A DNA stretch of 64,000 nt from contig CAXGAI010000013.1 in NCBI GenBank assembly GCA_964007735.1, forward strand, positions 1 to 64,000. The letters are read 5' to 3'. Under the pieces are notes generated by a model. It was not told the DNA's origin, did no database searches, and saw nothing but the letters and a program-made list of their open reading frames with translations. Source of the stretch: an uncultured Rhodopirellula sp. GTDB lineage: Bacteria; Planctomycetota; Planctomycetia; Pirellulales; Pirellulaceae. A program made the translations under genes and the position numbers. This document shows positions 60,241 to 64,000 of this stretch, piece by piece. Position 1 is the stretch's first letter. Each line of letters starts with the position of its first letter.

Positions 60241-63200
60241 ATGGCCACGGGCTCTTTATCACAGCACGATATTGCTACTTCGGAAGAAGCGGTGCAAATT
60301 GCTGAATTGCTCCAAACCAACTGCCGGCGATGGAAGCTACTCGACCTATTACTTTTGTTCTGTCAAACAGCACTCGCTGGTTTGGTAATTCTCTTTTCCT
60401 CCTTTGTGATCGATCATTGGACGTATTTGATTGTGCAGGACGGCTCGCTCGGCTCGGTAGGACGATGGTTCTACTTCCTCACCCTGTTTGTCATTTATCC
60501 GCCGGTTAGCCTTTACCTGATCACTCGGTCTCTCAAGGGGCGCATCAATCCGCTCTTTGTGGCACAACAGATTGAAGAGCTCTCGCCAGAAATCAAAAAC
60601 AGCATTTCAAACTTCTGGCAAATAAAGTCGGAGAGTCATATACATCCTTCGATTGCGAGATCGATGGCTCAACGCGCTTGCCTGGACCTTAACGATGGTC
60701 GTACAGACGATGGCGTGGATACCACTAAAACATCGTTATGGGGATACACCAGTCTGGGTTTTCTGGCAATCACTGCAATCTATTTTGCAATCATGCCCAA
60801 CCCGACGATACAAACAATGCATCGCATCCTCATTCCCTGGGATAGTGTGCAGCGCCCTTCTGAGATAGTGATCGAATCCGTCCAGCCGGGAGATGCTACT
60901 ATCACTTACGGCTCCACGCTTGAAATCACGGCAACGATCCGTGGTACTGATGATGATATGCCTGTTTATTTAGTCACTGACTCAACCGACGGGAGTCTGG
61001 GAAAACAAAGACAACTAATGGATTTAAAGAACAGTCAGTATCAATTGCTTCTGGAGCAAGATTCACTGGGAATTCAACGGAGCTTCAGATACTGGATTGA
61101 GGCCGGTCATCCCGATGGGCGTACGGCAATAAGCGAACAATACGATGTCGCCGTGAAACCAGCCGCTGCCATAAGGGTAACCCAGGTCGAATACGAATTC
61201 CCCACCTATACCGATCTACCAAATGTTTTAAGCTCCCGCCAGTTCAACGTCGAAGCTATTGAGGGAACCACCATTAAAATCAAGGCGTTGGCAAACGCCG
61301 ATATCGATGCAGCATGGCTTGAATTAAAGACAGATTCGGGCAGCACTGAAAAACGAACCATGACCGCTCAGGGTGATCGGACTTGTGAAACAACATTTGA
61401 ACTTCGGGTGAATGCCAATCAAATTCCCGCCTATCTGGGATATCAGGTTTTCTTTCGAAGTAAAGCCGGCGAAACGAATCCTGAAACAATTGAATATTCG
61501 ATTACCACACTTACCGATCTGATTCCGGTCATCGAATTTACGAAACCTGCAAGACGGGAACTTAGACAGGGTCCCATGGAATTGCCAATCAATCAGTCGC
61601 TCCCATTGGCTTGGGCAGCTCATGATCCCGATTACTTGTTATCTTCTGTCGCCATGGTAGTGGCCGAGCAAAACCGTGACGACATTCGCATTGAGCTCCT
61701 GAAACCCAATGAACAAAACAAAAAACAACGTGAGTTTTCGACCATTTTTACACCCGCCGAACATAATCTTACGGCCGGTACACGAATCACTGTCTACGGC
61801 GAGGCGACCGACAATCGAAGAACCTCTTCCAATCCACAACCCAATCGGACTCAAAGCGAGCTCTTAATTATCCACCTTACCGAGCCCGTTGAATCAACAG
61901 ACATGGAAGCTACTGATGACATGTCAGAGCAGCCCGGGATGCCTGATTCTCCATCCAACGAAATGGAAGACGAGCCTTCGGAGCAAGCATCGGAAGAGGG
62001 GACGTCTTCTGATGAGAGTGAAGGAAGTGAATCGGGTGAAGGAATGACTGGTGGAGCCAGTGAAAGCTCTGAAGAAGGTGGTGATCCCGGCACCGAAAAC
62101 AATGGTGCGGGTGGACAAGGAGACGCCTCGGATGAACCCAACAACAGCACCGGTGAAAACGCTCCAGCCAACGAAGGTGGAAATCAAAAAAATCCCACCG
62201 AAGGTGATTCGGAAGATGGGATGACGGATGGAGAAAATACGGATGGAACCAATGACATGGAATCCCAAGCCGGTGGTGAAGGAAGTGCATCAGAAAACAA
62301 CTCCAAGGTAAATCAAACTGGAAATAACACCGCCCAACAGTCCGAAGAAAGTGGTTCTGGTGAACCTCAAACAAATGACGAATCCGTAAACGGAAACCCG
62401 ACCGGTGAATCAGGGGACGACAACACTACCAATAAAAATCCCGACAAGGAAGGCAACGCAAAGTCAGATGACCAGCACGATGGAGACATCTTTGAAAAGC
62501 TACTGGATCGCCTGCGAGACAACCAACCGAAAACCCAACAGACGGACAACGAAAGTTCAAAACAAGAACCGATGAAAGGTGAGAACAACGGAGTCAATAA
62601 CCAGAGCCCCAAAGACAACTCCGGCGGACGTAGTGAAGACCAGCCCTCTACAGAAGAAGGGGATGGACAAGCCAATACCCAAAGGGACTCAACCAATCCC
62701 AACCCCAAAGATCCTTCCAATCCAGTACCTCAGGAAAAGGGGAATGCTACGGACCCTAATGCTGAAGGTATGCCCACCAAGGATCCGATGACGAACCCTC
62801 GTGACGGGAATACCGGAACTGAAGGTGAACAGGTCGACGATGACGGCGGTAGCGATACGATGGGAGAAAGCGCCGGCCCCCAAGCGAGTGATTCAGACAA
62901 CAGCGATAGTACGGAGCCGAACGGGGGGAACACTTCGGAAACGGCTGGTAACGAAGACGGCATGGGTGCCTCAGCAGACACTGAAAGCAATGCCGGCTCT
63001 CAAGCGAGCCCTCAGTCGGGAACAGGTCAGGAAGATGCGAGTTCGACGGATGAATTAGGCTTACCGGATGAAGTGCGCGACACCGATCAGGCGCGACTGG
63101 ACTACGCCCGTAAAGCCACCGACTTGGCGCTAAGATATCTTCGCGATCACCAAGACAGTCCAAGTGATGAATTACTTGAAGATCTGGGGATCACGGCAGA

Positions 63201-63453
63201 GCAACTTCGTGAAATGGTTTCGCGGTATGAACAACTAAAACAAGATGATACTCAGGCCGGCAAACAAACACTCGATGACACTCTCAAGTCCCTTGGACTA
63301 CGCCCCTCTGCTCAAACGCAGGCGCGCAAGGTAGAAACAAACCGTCAAGACGTCGAGGGAGTGTCTGGAGGGGGGGCATTATCCGGGTTGCCACCTCATC
63401 TTCAACAGCGATTTAAGGCGTTTCGAACGGGTACGACTGTATCAGATGAATAG
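60241..63453 (+). CDS. Large membrane-anchored protein with Ig-like region and long acidic low-complexity tail (DUF4175-like architecture)
   Basis: Three N-terminal TM segments, a beta-rich mid-region, a ~400-aa S/G/E/D/N/T/P-rich segment and a short helical C-terminus. Confidence 0.7.
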   Translation: MATGSLSQHDIATSEEAVQIAELLQTNCRRWKLLDLLLLFCQTALAGLVILFSSFVIDHWTYLIVQDGSLGSVGRWFYFLTLFVIYPPVSLYLITRSLKGRINPLFVAQQIEELSPEIKNSISNFWQIKSESHIHPSIARSMAQRACLDLNDGRTDDGVDTTKTSLWGYTSLGFLAITAIYFAIMPNPTIQTMHRILIPWDSVQRPSEIVIESVQPGDATITYGSTLEITATIRGTDDDMPVYLVTDSTDGSLGKQRQLMDLKNSQYQLLLEQDSLGIQRSFRYWIEAGHPDGRTAISEQYDVAVKPAAAIRVTQVEYEFPTYTDLPNVLSSRQFNVEAIEGTTIKIKALANADIDAAWLELKTDSGSTEKRTMTAQGDRTCETTFELRVNANQIPAYLGYQVFFRSKAGETNPETIEYSITTLTDLIPVIEFTKPARRELRQGPMELPINQSLPLAWAAHDPDYLLSSVAMVVAEQNRDDIRIELLKPNEQNKKQREFSTIFTPAEHNLTAGTRITVYGEATDNRRTSSNPQPNRTQSELLIIHLTEPVESTDMEATDDMSEQPGMPDSPSNEMEDEPSEQASEEGTSSDESEGSESGEGMTGGASESSEEGGDPGTENNGAGGQGDASDEPNNSTGENAPANEGGNQKNPTEGDSEDGMTDGENTDGTNDMESQAGGEGSASENNSKVNQTGNNTAQQSEESGSGEPQTNDESVNGNPTGESGDDNTTNKNPDKEGNAKSDDQHDGDIFEKLLDRLRDNQPKTQQTDNESSKQEPMKGENNGVNNQSPKDNSGGRSEDQPSTEEGDGQANTQRDSTNPNPKDPSNPVPQEKGNATDPNAEGMPTKDPMTNPRDGNTGTEGEQVDDDGGSDTMGESAGPQASDSDNSDSTEPNGGNTSETAGNEDGMGASADTESNAGSQASPQSGTGQEDASSTDELGLPDEVRDTDQARLDYARKATDLALRYLRDHQDSPSDELLEDLGITAEQLREMVSRYEQLKQDDTQAGKQTLDDTLKSLGLRPSAQTQARKVETNRQDVEGVSGGGALSGLPPHLQQRFKAFRTGTTVSDE

Positions 63454-63584
63454 GTTGTAAGGACAGCAACAGCATCAGGCCTTAAAAAGCGGCGAAAAGG
63501 AGATGTCGCTTTCCACGTGTAAGGAGTACTGGAACCAGTGTAGCGTACTATTAAGAGTAGTATTACCTGCAGGAATTTACAGTG

Positions 63585-64000
63585 ATGCCTGATATAACAC
63601 CTCGTTACCTGGTCCCCTTCCATCCTAAGGAAGTAGCGCACCGCTTTACCGATGTTCTGATTATCGGTGGTGGCCTGGCTGGTCTGCGCGCGGCAAACGC
63701 TGTTGATCCGTCCAATAACCTGATGATTGTAACCAAAGATCGGCTGCAGCAATCTAACAGCAATTATGCACAAGGCGGAATCGCCGGTGTAATGCATCCC
63801 GAAGATAACTTTGAAAACCATATTCAGGATACACTTACCGCGGGTGGTAGTTTGTGTGATCAGGACGTTGTTGGAATGGTTATCAAAGAGGCGCCTGACC
63901 GAATCCGCGAATTGATGCAGTGGGGCACGAACTTCGATAAAGACTCCGGTAAACTTTCATTAGGTCGTGAAGGCGGGCATAGCCATCATCGTATCCTGCA
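63585..64000 (+). CDS. nadB: L-aspartate oxidase, partial (runs off the window)
   Basis: Hand translation: DVLIIGGGLAGL, SNSNYAQGGIAG, HIQDTLTAG, LGREGGHSHHRIL. Confidence 0.9.
   Translation, partial: MPDITPRYLVPFHPKEVAHRFTDVLIIGGGLAGLRAANAVDPSNNLMIVTKDRLQQSNSNYAQGGIAGVMHPEDNFENHIQDTLTAGGSLCDQDVVGMVIKEAPDRIRELMQWGTNFDKDSGKLSLGREGGHSHHRIL

Noticed and set aside
61851..63163. Several 100-150 aa antisense ORFs
   Set aside because: They are shadows of the low-complexity region of the 1070-aa protein.
63402..63821. 139-aa minus-strand ORF
   Set aside because: It is antisense to the clear nadB 5' region.

Overview
Bacterial genomic window, most consistent with a marine Planctomycetota (Pirellulales-like) chromosome. 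This is inferred from the FGly-type sulfatase, the DUF1080-GSDH fusion, a large acidic membrane protein and signal-peptide-rich hypotheticals. Contents in order: a partial Zn-metalloprotease, a sulfatase, a sigma54-type hsp20 unit, an L-galactose/uronate-like catabolic operon with uxaE, and a ~20 kb phosphate super-locus. That locus holds phoH, a pseudokinase, a degenerate phoU, two complete pst operons, a heme-less P460-like/4-repeat protein, phoU and phoBR. After it come a tdk operon, a Tm-1-like pair, an acyltransferase/permuted NlpC-P60 fusion, amtB-glnK, cysC, lpxK, uxaA and partial nadB. The main hidden result is two peroxiredoxin-family genes that the ORF track truncates: each has an in-frame TGA exactly at the catalytic Cys position followed by a SECIS-like hairpin, so both are probable selenoproteins. 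No rRNA, tRNA, CRISPR array or mobile element was seen. All calls come from manual motif reading; no database searches were run.
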